A stretch of 64,000 nt of DNA from a bacterium BMS3Bbin05 (GTDB taxonomy: Bacteria > Nitrospirota > Thermodesulfovibrionia > Thermodesulfovibrionales > BMS3Bbin05). Of the stretch, positions 25,378 through 34,243 are shown piece by piece (the stretch's first letter is position 1; the number at the start of each line of letters is the position of its first letter). A model generated the notes under the pieces. The model had not been told where the DNA came from. It did no database searches and saw only the letters and a list, made by a program, of their open reading frames with translations. The stretch spans positions 45,205 through 109,204 of the forward strand of contig BDTO01000053.1 of the NCBI GenBank assembly GCA_002897855.1. The letters are read 5' to 3'. Position numbers and translations under genes: made by a program.

Positions 25378-25504
25378 AAGCAACGAAAAGATCAGGTTCT
25401 GTGAGGTCGATTCCTTTGGCGTGATATGGCATTGCAACTGCGTGATGGTCCCTGAAGTACTGAAACAGAAACTGAGAGAGATGCCGGCCTGTTGTCATGG
25501 CTGA
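25364..25504 (+). pseudogene. possible N-terminal stub of a 4HBT/YbgC-type acyl thioesterase
   Basis: A 46-codon frame too short for the track: (L)RWHESNEKIRFCEVDSFGVIWHCNCVMVPEVLKQKLREMPACCHG*. Its D-x2-G-x3-H-x2-(Y/C) spacing matches YbgC [14 protein letters not shown]. It stops inside the first codons of the exporter gene. Confidence 0.35.
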
Positions 25505-27842
25505 GTTTTCGGTTCTGCTTGCCAGGCTATCAGGTAAGAATTCAATTGCAGTAAGAATTATTATTGTACTGCTCTGTCTTCTGTCCGTCTTTGTAATATT
25601 GAAGAGCGGATTTAATGCCAATCTGCTCAGTCTTATCCCTGCAGATGCAGCCAGAACGCGCCTTTATCTTGACCTCATAAAGGATTTCGGGCTCCTGGAT
25701 GAGACATACATTGTACTTGATGGGAATATCATGCAGAATCTCCCTAAAGTGGAGAATTTTACGGGAGATCTCCGCCGCAGTCCGCTTGTAAGAGATGCCC
25801 GGTACAGACTCGACCCTTCCGTTAAGAAATATTTTTCTGACCTGCTCAGAAAGAATGTCTTCCTGTTCATGGATAACATCCAGCTAAGTAATGCACTCAA
25901 ATCGCTCAGCCCGGTTAATATAACGAAAAGGCTGAGGAAGATAAAAGACAGACTCCTGCTCCCCGCAGGAGGCGCAGCAATAGTTGACCCGCTCGGTTTT
26001 TCCGAAAGCATGCTTGCGCATATGCCTTCTCCCGATATGCCATTTGATATATCGAGCGGACTGTATCTATCCGATAAGGGGAGGCGGCTCTTTATTGTGG
26101 TAAAACCGGATGGCGAGGCAAGGGATATTGATTACGACCGGAAACTTCTGGATATGATCAACGCTTCATTCATGAAAAATTTTAAGAATGCGCCTTCAAT
26201 AAAGATGCAGATTACGGGCAGTCATGCGATAACCTATTATGAGCAGGAGATAATGAAGTCTGATATACTCAGGAATATTGTTACGGCGTTCATCGGGGTT
26301 TTCCTGATCTTTGTTTTTTTTCTCAGGTCTTTAAGGGGTATGCTTTACGCATTCATCCCCGTTGCTGCATCAATTGTCCTGACAACGGGATCATCAGCCT
26401 GTATATTCGGATCGATGAGTGAGGTGTCCGGGGCGTTTGGGGCCATGATTGTCGGGCTTGGTGTTGATCTTGCAATTGTCCTGTATATCAGATATCTTTA
26501 CAGTAAGGATATTGAAAGGTCGGTCAGTGAAACTTCCGGCGCCATATGGACAGGTGTATTGACGACGGCTGCAACATTTTACCCCATGCTCCTGTCCGAT
26601 TTCGGCGGTATCAGACAGCTCGGATTCCTGACCGGAACCGGCATCATCATCTGTGCTCTGCTGATATTCTCCCTGTCTGTATCATTTATGAAGGGGGTGA
26701 CATTTCGAACTACACGAAATACCCTGTTCGAAATGCTGCCTCTTTACGCAATCAGGTACAAAAAGCAGTTTCTGGCTGCTGCGGTCATTCTCTCGCTCAT
26801 ATCCCTGTACGGTGTAAGAGACCTCGGTTTTTCGGCTGACCTCAGGGGATTCGGAGCCCGACACAACAAGGCGAGAGAACTGTTCCAGTCGCTGGATATC
26901 AGGAGAGGCGGTTCCTTTATCTCAGGTATTGTGCCTGATATGGAAGACGTTATCAAGGACTCGAATCACATAGTACACAAACTGGAGGAAAAGGGCATAT
27001 ACAATACGGTTTCCATTGCTTCCTTTATTCCGGATGCTGCGCAGCAGTTACGGAACATCAGGAGGATAAGGTCTGTAAATGTCCGGCGTTTGCTGAAGGA
27101 TTTCGGGACCACGGCTGAGAGGCTTGGGTTTTCAGATGATCATATTCATATCATGGAGAAAAACATCGAAAAATATTTCTCCGTAGACAGGCCGGTTTCG
27201 CTTGAAGATTTTCAGGGGACGGGGATGGGAAATTTTCTGCAGAGGTTTTTCAGGAAGGTTAACGGCGGGTACAGGTTTGTCGTTATGGTGAATGATAAAA
27301 AAGACGTCAGGGATATAGTGCCGGGATATGATGTTACCGGTCCGAAGCTGGTGAGGGATGAACTCTCGGGCATGCTCAGGGACAATGCCGGGATTATTAC
27401 CCTTGTGGGCATGATCCTCGTAAATATTATCCTGTTTGCAAGTTTCAGGAATGTAAAATATGTGTTATATGCCCAGATACCGGTTATGGTTGCCATACTC
27501 GTTACCGGGGCTATCATGAATCTGCTTGGAATCAAGATCCATATCATGAACGCACTTGTCGCGGTGATGCTTTTCGGGATAGGCACGGATTATTCCATTC
27601 ATCTTATCCACCATATCCTCAGGGACAGTGATATTAATGCAATTATCAGGGGTACCGGAAGGGCCGTTTCAATAGCGGCATTTACGACGATAGCAGGTTT
27701 CGGCAGCATCTATTTTTCCTCTTACAGGGGACTTTCGGAGATGGGACTTGCGGTTACCATAGGATGTATATTGACACTCATCTTCAGTCTTGTGCTTATT
27801 CCGGTTTTTATGAACAGGCAGTTAACCGGCGGCAGGGAGTAA
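25497..27842 (+). CDS. MMPL/RND-superfamily exporter (predicted-exporter type, ~12 TM with two extracytoplasmic loops)
   Basis: 781 aa with two repeated 6-TM bundles (…FIGVFLIFVFFLRSLRGMLYAFIPVAASIVLTTG… and …LVGMILVNIILFASFRNVKYVLYAQIPVMVAILVTG…GIGTDYSIHL). Confidence 0.8.
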   Translation: MAEFSVLLARLSGKNSIAVRIIIVLLCLLSVFVILKSGFNANLLSLIPADAARTRLYLDLIKDFGLLDETYIVLDGNIMQNLPKVENFTGDLRRSPLVRDARYRLDPSVKKYFSDLLRKNVFLFMDNIQLSNALKSLSPVNITKRLRKIKDRLLLPAGGAAIVDPLGFSESMLAHMPSPDMPFDISSGLYLSDKGRRLFIVVKPDGEARDIDYDRKLLDMINASFMKNFKNAPSIKMQITGSHAITYYEQEIMKSDILRNIVTAFIGVFLIFVFFLRSLRGMLYAFIPVAASIVLTTGSSACIFGSMSEVSGAFGAMIVGLGVDLAIVLYIRYLYSKDIERSVSETSGAIWTGVLTTAATFYPMLLSDFGGIRQLGFLTGTGIIICALLIFSLSVSFMKGVTFRTTRNTLFEMLPLYAIRYKKQFLAAAVILSLISLYGVRDLGFSADLRGFGARHNKARELFQSLDIRRGGSFISGIVPDMEDVIKDSNHIVHKLEEKGIYNTVSIASFIPDAAQQLRNIRRIRSVNVRRLLKDFGTTAERLGFSDDHIHIMEKNIEKYFSVDRPVSLEDFQGTGMGNFLQRFFRKVNGGYRFVVMVNDKKDVRDIVPGYDVTGPKLVRDELSGMLRDNAGIITLVGMILVNIILFASFRNVKYVLYAQIPVMVAILVTGAIMNLLGIKIHIMNALVAVMLFGIGTDYSIHLIHHILRDSDINAIIRGTGRAVSIAAFTTIAGFGSIYFSSYRGLSEMGLAVTIGCILTLIFSLVLIPVFMNRQLTGGRE

Positions 27843-27858
27843 AACGCTCTTTAAGTCT

Positions 27859-28530
27859 ATGAGATCAGACATCTGGATATTAATGCCGGCCTTCAATGAG
27901 GAAGAGTCTATCGGCAAGGTGATAGAAGAAGTACACAGGTGTTATAAGAATGTTATAGTTGTAAATGACGGCTCAGATGATGATACGGGAGAAATTGCCG
28001 GGCAGGCCGGATGTGTTGTATTGAATCATGAGAGCAACCTCGGCAAGGGCGCTGCAATTAAGACCGGCTTCGGTTGGCTGCTTGAAAGGGAGTACTCCGC
28101 CGTTATAACACTCGATGCAGACGGCCAGCACGACCCTGCCGAGATACTGCGATTTATAGAATGTTTTGAGAAAATAAAATCTGATGCTGTAATAATCGGT
28201 AACCGGTCGATTGAAAGAGAGAGTATGCCTCTTTACAGGGCAATCCCGAACAGGATCGGGGAGCTGTTTATTTCTATTGCTGCAAGAAGGCATATCCCTG
28301 ATACCCAATCCGGATTCAGGTTATATTCGAGGAAAGTGATCGAGAAGGTCAGATGTGATTCGGACGGGTTTGAGATGGAGGCCGAGATGCTTATCAGGGC
28401 CTCAAGGGGAGGGTTCGGTATATACAGTATTCCCATACGGACGATATATCAGGCAAACTACAGCAGCCATTTCAGGCCGGTGAAGGACTTCTACAGGATA
28501 AGCAGGATAGTTTTAAGACATATCCTGTAA
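27859..28530 (+). CDS. family 2 glycosyltransferase
   Basis: 223 aa. ILMPAFNEEESIGKVIEE, VVNDGSDDDT, TLDADGQHDP (DxD). Confidence 0.9.
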   Translation: MRSDIWILMPAFNEEESIGKVIEEVHRCYKNVIVVNDGSDDDTGEIAGQAGCVVLNHESNLGKGAAIKTGFGWLLEREYSAVITLDADGQHDPAEILRFIECFEKIKSDAVIIGNRSIERESMPLYRAIPNRIGELFISIAARRHIPDTQSGFRLYSRKVIEKVRCDSDGFEMEAEMLIRASRGGFGIYSIPIRTIYQANYSSHFRPVKDFYRISRIVLRHIL

Positions 28531-28567
28531 ATTATTGGGGAATCTTTTTTATCCCGGGAGGTGGATT

Positions 28568-29020
28568 ATGTCAAAGTATAAGAAGGGATTTGTCTTGGCT
28601 GCAATTTTTATCTTTGCGGCGATCAGTACTGTATCCGCAGATGCCGTATTTGCGGGCTCTGCTCCTGCACTTGATGTAAACACTGTAATCAGGCAGCTGG
28701 ACCCTGCCGTAAATACCAGGGCGAGAATCAAGAAGTACTTCAGGTCGATAAAAGGCCGGAAGGTAAGGGGTAAAGGGAAAGTCGTGAATGTACTCGGGGG
28801 CAGAAGCAGGATTAGTGTTACAATCCTGACTTCTGCAACTAAACCCCGGAAGGGCTACAATGTTGTAATATACACAAAACAGGATGCAATATCGGAACTA
28901 TATATCCATGACAGGCTCTCTTTTGAGGGTGTGCTGTTTAAGTACAGCGCCTTCGGGGGCGGGAGCATTGCTATAAAGGGCGTATATAAAAAACTTGGAC
29001 AGGAGGAAAGTAGGCCATGA
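28568..29020 (+). CDS. small secreted hypothetical protein
   Basis: Start re-set to ATG 28568 (GGGAGGTGG upstream). MSKYKKGFVLAAIFIFAAISTVSADA is a signal peptide. The stop overlaps the next start (ATGA). Confidence 0.55.
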   Translation: MSKYKKGFVLAAIFIFAAISTVSADAVFAGSAPALDVNTVIRQLDPAVNTRARIKKYFRSIKGRKVRGKGKVVNVLGGRSRISVTILTSATKPRKGYNVVIYTKQDAISELYIHDRLSFEGVLFKYSAFGGGSIAIKGVYKKLGQEESRP

Positions 29021-29625
29021 AAAAAGTATTTATGTTGCTTTTGGTTTCGGTGTTTATCATTTCCTGCGGTGGAAGATCGGGGGTTAAACCAAAAGATAAT
29101 GCAACGAAGGGAAGAAGGATACTTAAGAGTGAAAGGGTTTTTGTCAAAGAACCGCTAAGCAGGAAATACAGCACGATTGTGATACCGGATTTTTCCTTTG
29201 AAAACGCAGAGATCCAGAAAGTCGATGAGATAAAAGATCCTGATTTTAAGGTAGCGGTAAAAAAACTGGGCTCATATGTCCCGGACAAGGTGGCGGCCTA
29301 TCTGAAATCATGGAAGGTGTTTAAGAAGGTAATAAGGGTAAAGAAGGCTAAAAAGACTTACAGGCATGCCGTAGTTCTTAAGGGCAGGTTTACTAAAATA
29401 ACATCCGGCAGCAGGGCTTTAAGATGGTTCGTGGGTTTTGGGGCGGGCTCTTCTACTCTCAGCGTTGATGGAGAACTGATTGACGCAGCCCACAAAACGA
29501 GGCTTGCAAGATTTATACAAAGCAGGCATTCACCTTTCAGCGGGGCGGGTTATCATACCATATTTAAGGCCGACGGGGTGAATATGGCTAAGGATATAGC
29601 CAGATTCATAAAGAAGCTTTACTGA
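29017..29625 (+). CDS. lipoprotein (DUF4410-like)
   Basis: MKKVFMLLLVSVFIISCGG has a lipobox. GSRALRWFVGFGAGSSTLSVDGELID resembles the DUF4410 signature as I remember it. Confidence 0.6.
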   Translation: MKKVFMLLLVSVFIISCGGRSGVKPKDNATKGRRILKSERVFVKEPLSRKYSTIVIPDFSFENAEIQKVDEIKDPDFKVAVKKLGSYVPDKVAAYLKSWKVFKKVIRVKKAKKTYRHAVVLKGRFTKITSGSRALRWFVGFGAGSSTLSVDGELIDAAHKTRLARFIQSRHSPFSGAGYHTIFKADGVNMAKDIARFIKKLY

Positions 29626-29629
29626 ATTT

Positions 29630-30907
29630 ATGAATCTCCATGTTATTGCCCCTCGCAGGAAAGAGGATATCTGGAGAAAAAAGAGGGCGACATTTACACT
29701 TCCGCCGATGGCGCTTGCAATCCTTGCCGCCCTCACTCCGGCAGGCATAAATATAAAGGTCACGGATGAACTTGTTGATGATATAGATTTTGATTATCCG
29801 GCCGATCTGGTGGCGCTGAGTGTGAATACGGCAGATGCCTTTCATTCATATGAGGTGGCGGACAGGTTCAGAAGGGCGGGCGCCAGGATAGTAATGGGTG
29901 GGATTCACCCTTCCGTAATGCCGGACGAGGCCCTTCTGCATGCCGACAGTGTGGTAATCGGAGAGGCGGAAAATAAATGGGAAGGCGTCATTGATGATTT
30001 CATTAACAATCGACTGAAAGAGAAATATAGATCGGATGATAAACCTGCCCCAGAGACCATACCCCGGCCCAGGTGGGATCTGCTGAACACAAAGAAATAC
30101 TATCTCCCGCGCACAATCCAGGCATCCCGCGGCTGTCCCTATGGCTGCAGCTTCTGCTCTTCCACCCAGTTCTTTGGCGTAAAATTCCGATTAAGACCGG
30201 TTGAGAAGGTCGTCGAAGAGGTAAGGGAGTATCCCGGAAAGATGCTGGTCTTTGTTGATGACAATATTGTGTGTAAGCCTGATTATTCAAGGGAGCTGTT
30301 CAGTGCTCTCAGGGGTCTTGGCAAGATGTGGGTGGCGCAGTCGAGCATAGATATCGCAAAAGATGCAACACTTCTGAGGCTTGCATCGGAGAGCGGCTGC
30401 GCAGGTTTGCTGATAGGGTTTGAGAGTATAACATACGGTAACAGAACGGATATAAAAAAACTCAGAACGGCCAGAGAATATGAAGAAGCGATAAGTGTCA
30501 TCAGAAGTTATGGCATCGGCGTCAATGGATCATTTGTTTTCGGTTTTGATGCGGATGACCTGGACACATTTCACTCTACGGTTGATTTTGTCCTCAGAAA
30601 CAGACTTGAGGTGAGCAATTACTGCAAGTTGACTCCATTTCCAGGGACGCGTCTCTTCAGAAAAATGGATGAAGAAGGCAGGCTGTTGCACAGGGACTGG
30701 TCGAAATACGACAGATACAATATTGTTTACCAGCCTAAAAATTTTTCCATTGATGACTTCAAGAGATATACAGACGATGCATACAGGAAAACGTATTCCA
30801 TATCTTCAATTATCAGAAGGACCCCGGGGGTTGTTAAAAATATTCCTTATTACTATGCGTTAAACCTGAGTTACCGGTTTGGGGCCAGGGCGCTGAGGAA
30901 CTCCTGA
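29630..30907 (+). CDS. B12-binding-domain radical SAM enzyme, paralogue 1
   Basis: 425 aa. The N-terminal Rossmann-like region is DLVALSVNTADAFHSYEVADRFRRAGARIVMGGIHPS. The rSAM motif is ASRGCPYGCSFC (Cx3Cx2C). Confidence 0.85.
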   Translation: MNLHVIAPRRKEDIWRKKRATFTLPPMALAILAALTPAGINIKVTDELVDDIDFDYPADLVALSVNTADAFHSYEVADRFRRAGARIVMGGIHPSVMPDEALLHADSVVIGEAENKWEGVIDDFINNRLKEKYRSDDKPAPETIPRPRWDLLNTKKYYLPRTIQASRGCPYGCSFCSSTQFFGVKFRLRPVEKVVEEVREYPGKMLVFVDDNIVCKPDYSRELFSALRGLGKMWVAQSSIDIAKDATLLRLASESGCAGLLIGFESITYGNRTDIKKLRTAREYEEAISVIRSYGIGVNGSFVFGFDADDLDTFHSTVDFVLRNRLEVSNYCKLTPFPGTRLFRKMDEEGRLLHRDWSKYDRYNIVYQPKNFSIDDFKRYTDDAYRKTYSISSIIRRTPGVVKNIPYYYALNLSYRFGARALRNS

Positions 30908-31623
30908 AGCGGCAGTGTCCTTGAGGCCTCCATGTGTTTAAAAGCAGCGGACGGCAGTTCCGTGTTTATGGAGAGGTTATCCGCATTGATTTCGAAACGG
31001 CTCTTCCCTGCTGTAACCGAAAACTCCGTCGGCAGATTTTCGTTATCCGTCTCTTCTATATCAATGGCAAAGATGAGTTTCCCATCGTTATATTTTTCTA
31101 TCCTGTAGTTTTTGAGTGTTCTCTTATTGAAGTAATATATCGAGTCTGGAGATGAAGAGTTATTGGGGGGGGGGTAAATATTTAACATATAATCATCTGC
31201 CCTTTCCGCCACGTCGGCCCTGTAAGAACGCAATTGTTTTTTGGTCGGCAGCAGAAAATGGATATTCAGGCGGGCAGTATAAAGCGTATCTTTGTTTGGA
31301 ATATATATTTCAAAAACACCTTCTGCCAGCAATATCTTCATTACGGTGATGCCGAAAGGTCCGAAGACGGACATGGACAGTGAAGCGGGTCTTTTGTAAT
31401 TCACAGCGCCCGTAAGATATGCAGCATATTCCCCATCATTGAATATCCTGATACTGGCGGTTCCGCTCAGGGTATCGATATTATCGTATGTTATTCTGTC
31501 GATGAGTTCGGAAGGAGTTGCAGGTGACCATGCCTCCGGTCTAACGGTCTCTTTCTTTGCACATGAAAAGAGAACAAATGAAATGAGGGCAATACTAACA
31601 GCTAATCTTGCCGTTTTTTTCAT
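30871..31623 (-). CDS. lipoprotein, LolB/LolA-fold-like (DUF4292-like)
   Basis: Start re-set to ATG 31623. MKKTARLAVSIALISFVLFSCAKK has a lipobox LFSC. The beta-rich remainder resembles DUF4292. The 3' end overlaps the convergent rSAM gene by 37 nt. Confidence 0.55.
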   Translation of the reverse strand: MKKTARLAVSIALISFVLFSCAKKETVRPEAWSPATPSELIDRITYDNIDTLSGTASIRIFNDGEYAAYLTGAVNYKRPASLSMSVFGPFGITVMKILLAEGVFEIYIPNKDTLYTARLNIHFLLPTKKQLRSYRADVAERADDYMLNIYPPPNNSSSPDSIYYFNKRTLKNYRIEKYNDGKLIFAIDIEETDNENLPTEFSVTAGKSRFEINADNLSINTELPSAAFKHMEASRTLPLQEFLSALAPNR

Positions 31624-32950
31624 TCCATGCTTTTTCTGCGAGCAAGCCCCATTCAGAAGCGTATCTGTCAATCAGTGGGGCAAATGAAGTTATTATATTT
31701 TCCGCTCCTTCATGTGTAAACTTTACGCCCGGCATGTTGCATACTTCCCTGTACTGTTCGGGATGGTCGACTATCATGCATGGCTGAAGGAGATTCTTGT
31801 TTGACATCTGATTTTCTCGTATCTTCCTGAACATCGGGGATGTCACGGCTTCCCTGAGCGAGGTGTCTTTGATATTATGCATGGCGAAATGACAGAACAC
31901 ACACGGCTCGACATCGCCCTTGGAATTGATGTGCAGATACTTTCTGCCGCCGGCGATGCATCCTCCCACCACGGGCCCATCATTCCAGAAATCACCGAAA
32001 AACATCTTTTTTGTTGATCTGAGGTATTCCACTCTCTGCCGGAGCATATCCCGCTGCTCCGGTGTAGGTACGAGTTCCCATGCCGTATCCCTTCCGACGG
32101 GGGTGTAAAGAAAATACCATCCTACGGTGCAACCCTGATCCATCCAGAAATCCACGAATTCGTCGGATACGAGTAACTCTGCATTATTATTTGTTACAGT
32201 TGCCGAGTATGCAAACAGTACGCCGGCTTCTTTGAGGAGCTTCATCGCGTTCAGGACTTTTTCGTAGTGGCCCGTTCCCCTTCTTGCATTTGTTTCTTTC
32301 CTGAATCCCTCTACGCTGATGGCCGGTAATACATTCCCGAGTCCGGCGAGTCTGTCGACCCTTTCTTCATTGAGCAGGCCCCCGTGAGTAAAAACGTGAA
32401 AGGCCATATCACTATGTTTTTCAAAAATATCAAAAATATCTTTCCGGAAAAAAGGCTCGCCGCCGGAAATCACTATAAAATAAATGCCCATCTCCTTGGC
32501 TTCATTCAATATCCGGTCAATGACCTCAAAGGGCAGGTCTTCATCCTTGCTGTATTTGCCTGCATAGCATCCGAAACAGTTAAGATTGCATTTCATCGAA
32601 GGACTTATCACGAGAAGGCCGGGCGGATAAAAACCCCCTTCCTGTTCTGAAAAGAGTTTTCTCCGGGTGCTTCCCACCAGCAGCTGATTAATAATGAAAT
32701 TCTTTACAATCTTCTTCTTGTGTTTACTTGAGGTTTTTTTGAGAATCTTCATCGTGGCCCCCAGGCTCGGATGTCCATTCAGCCACATTTCCCTGATTCT
32801 CCTGATGGCTCGTTTGTAGTGTGGTCTTGTTGTTGCAAGTTCTGCAAGCCGTGAATAGTGAATAAGCATGGCCGGCGAACTGGAGGACATAAGCTGAAAT
32901 AGCCCATATATTATCCGGGACAGGATGACCGGTTTGTATTTTTTATACAA
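31595..32950 (-). CDS. radical SAM enzyme with C-terminal SPASM/twitch-like Cys region and ~100-aa N-terminal extension
   Basis: 451 aa. MKCNLNCFGCYAG (Cx3Cx2C), ISGGEPF, GGCIAGGRKYLHINSKGDVEPCVFCHF. Confidence 0.85.
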   Translation of the reverse strand: MYKKYKPVILSRIIYGLFQLMSSSSPAMLIHYSRLAELATTRPHYKRAIRRIREMWLNGHPSLGATMKILKKTSSKHKKKIVKNFIINQLLVGSTRRKLFSEQEGGFYPPGLLVISPSMKCNLNCFGCYAGKYSKDEDLPFEVIDRILNEAKEMGIYFIVISGGEPFFRKDIFDIFEKHSDMAFHVFTHGGLLNEERVDRLAGLGNVLPAISVEGFRKETNARRGTGHYEKVLNAMKLLKEAGVLFAYSATVTNNNAELLVSDEFVDFWMDQGCTVGWYFLYTPVGRDTAWELVPTPEQRDMLRQRVEYLRSTKKMFFGDFWNDGPVVGGCIAGGRKYLHINSKGDVEPCVFCHFAMHNIKDTSLREAVTSPMFRKIRENQMSNKNLLQPCMIVDHPEQYREVCNMPGVKFTHEGAENIITSFAPLIDRYASEWGLLAEKAWNEKNGKISC

Positions 32951-34243
32951 TTACTTGACAGCTCCTTTTTCTTTCAATACAGCGCTGGTCCATGCGCCAG
33001 CGTCATATTCTAACATTTCTCCCTTCTTCAGGGGGAAGCATGCCATTGTCTTTACTACGGGACCTTTGTCCGAGTCTTCATATTCGGCCGGATAAAATGA
33101 TTTCCATGCATCCGTATAACCCTCGTAAAGTTCATCCGGTGTCATGCATGTCGGCCTGAAAACAACCTTCGATGTGGTGTATTCGGAAAAGTCATTTGTC
33201 AGAAGCCGTTCCTGGGAGTTCAGCCTGTCATAGAGTCTGCTGTTAGGGTATGGAGTAAGGATATGGAACTCCGCTTCCTCCAGTTCATGTTTTTTTGCAA
33301 ATTCTACTGTTCTTTCAAAAATATCCTTTTCGTCGTGATCAAACCCGAATACGAAAGAAGCGATTATCTTGATATCATTGTCGTGGATTCTCTTAATGTA
33401 ATCCCCTGCCTTTTTTGCCTGGACTCCGTCGATGACCTCGTTAAGGCTTGCGGATATCCAGGGGCTCAGGTCTACATACATGGCCCAGCAGTTGCTCTTT
33501 CTTATCAGCCTGAGGAAATCCATGTCTTCGGCAATCATGAGCGGCGCCAGGCCGACCCACTCTTTCGTGCTATTTTCCAATGCATTAAAGAAGGGCCTTG
33601 TCCTCCGTTTTGCGAGATGCAGATTATCATTTACTATGAAAACGTATCTGTCAAGCTTTTCTATCTCGGCAATGAGGGTATCAATACTGCGCATCCTGAA
33701 AGTGGTGCCAAAAGTCTGGGGGACCGAACACATGTCGCAGTTAATCGGGCATCCCCTTGATACCTGGATCGAGTTTATCGGCATATACCCCTTGCCATTA
33801 CAGATAATATCCCATCTTGGGAAAGGGACCTCGATCGGCGGATTTTTGCATTTATATATCTTTTTCAGATTCATGCTGATGAAGTCCTCAATAACCCTTT
33901 CCCAGATGCCTTCGGCCTCGCCTATGACAATGGCATCTGCATGTTTTATTGCATCATCAGGAGCAAGAGAGACATGGACTCCTCCGAGGATAACGGGTAT
34001 GCCCAGTGCCCTGTATCGATCGGCTATCTCATATGCCCTGTTCGCCTGGGGGGTCATCAGTGATATTCCCACAAGGTCCGCATCATCTTCAATTTTGAGG
34101 GGTTCTATGCGTTCATCCACAAAGGATATTTCCCAGTCGTCCGGTGTAAGTGCGGCAATTGTGGCCATACCCAGCACAGGTATGTATCTTCTGTATATCA
34201 GGGGGAAATGCCCCCATTCAGGGAAGATCAGTTTAAGTTTCAT
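32951..34243 (-). CDS. B12-binding-domain radical SAM enzyme, paralogue 2
   Basis: 430 aa. DLVGISLMTPQANRAYEIADRYRALGIPVILGGVHVS and VSRGCPINCDMC. Colinear with paralogue 1. Confidence 0.85.
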   Translation of the reverse strand: MKLKLIFPEWGHFPLIYRRYIPVLGMATIAALTPDDWEISFVDERIEPLKIEDDADLVGISLMTPQANRAYEIADRYRALGIPVILGGVHVSLAPDDAIKHADAIVIGEAEGIWERVIEDFISMNLKKIYKCKNPPIEVPFPRWDIICNGKGYMPINSIQVSRGCPINCDMCSVPQTFGTTFRMRSIDTLIAEIEKLDRYVFIVNDNLHLAKRRTRPFFNALENSTKEWVGLAPLMIAEDMDFLRLIRKSNCWAMYVDLSPWISASLNEVIDGVQAKKAGDYIKRIHDNDIKIIASFVFGFDHDEKDIFERTVEFAKKHELEEAEFHILTPYPNSRLYDRLNSQERLLTNDFSEYTTSKVVFRPTCMTPDELYEGYTDAWKSFYPAEYEDSDKGPVVKTMACFPLKKGEMLEYDAGAWTSAVLKEKGAVK

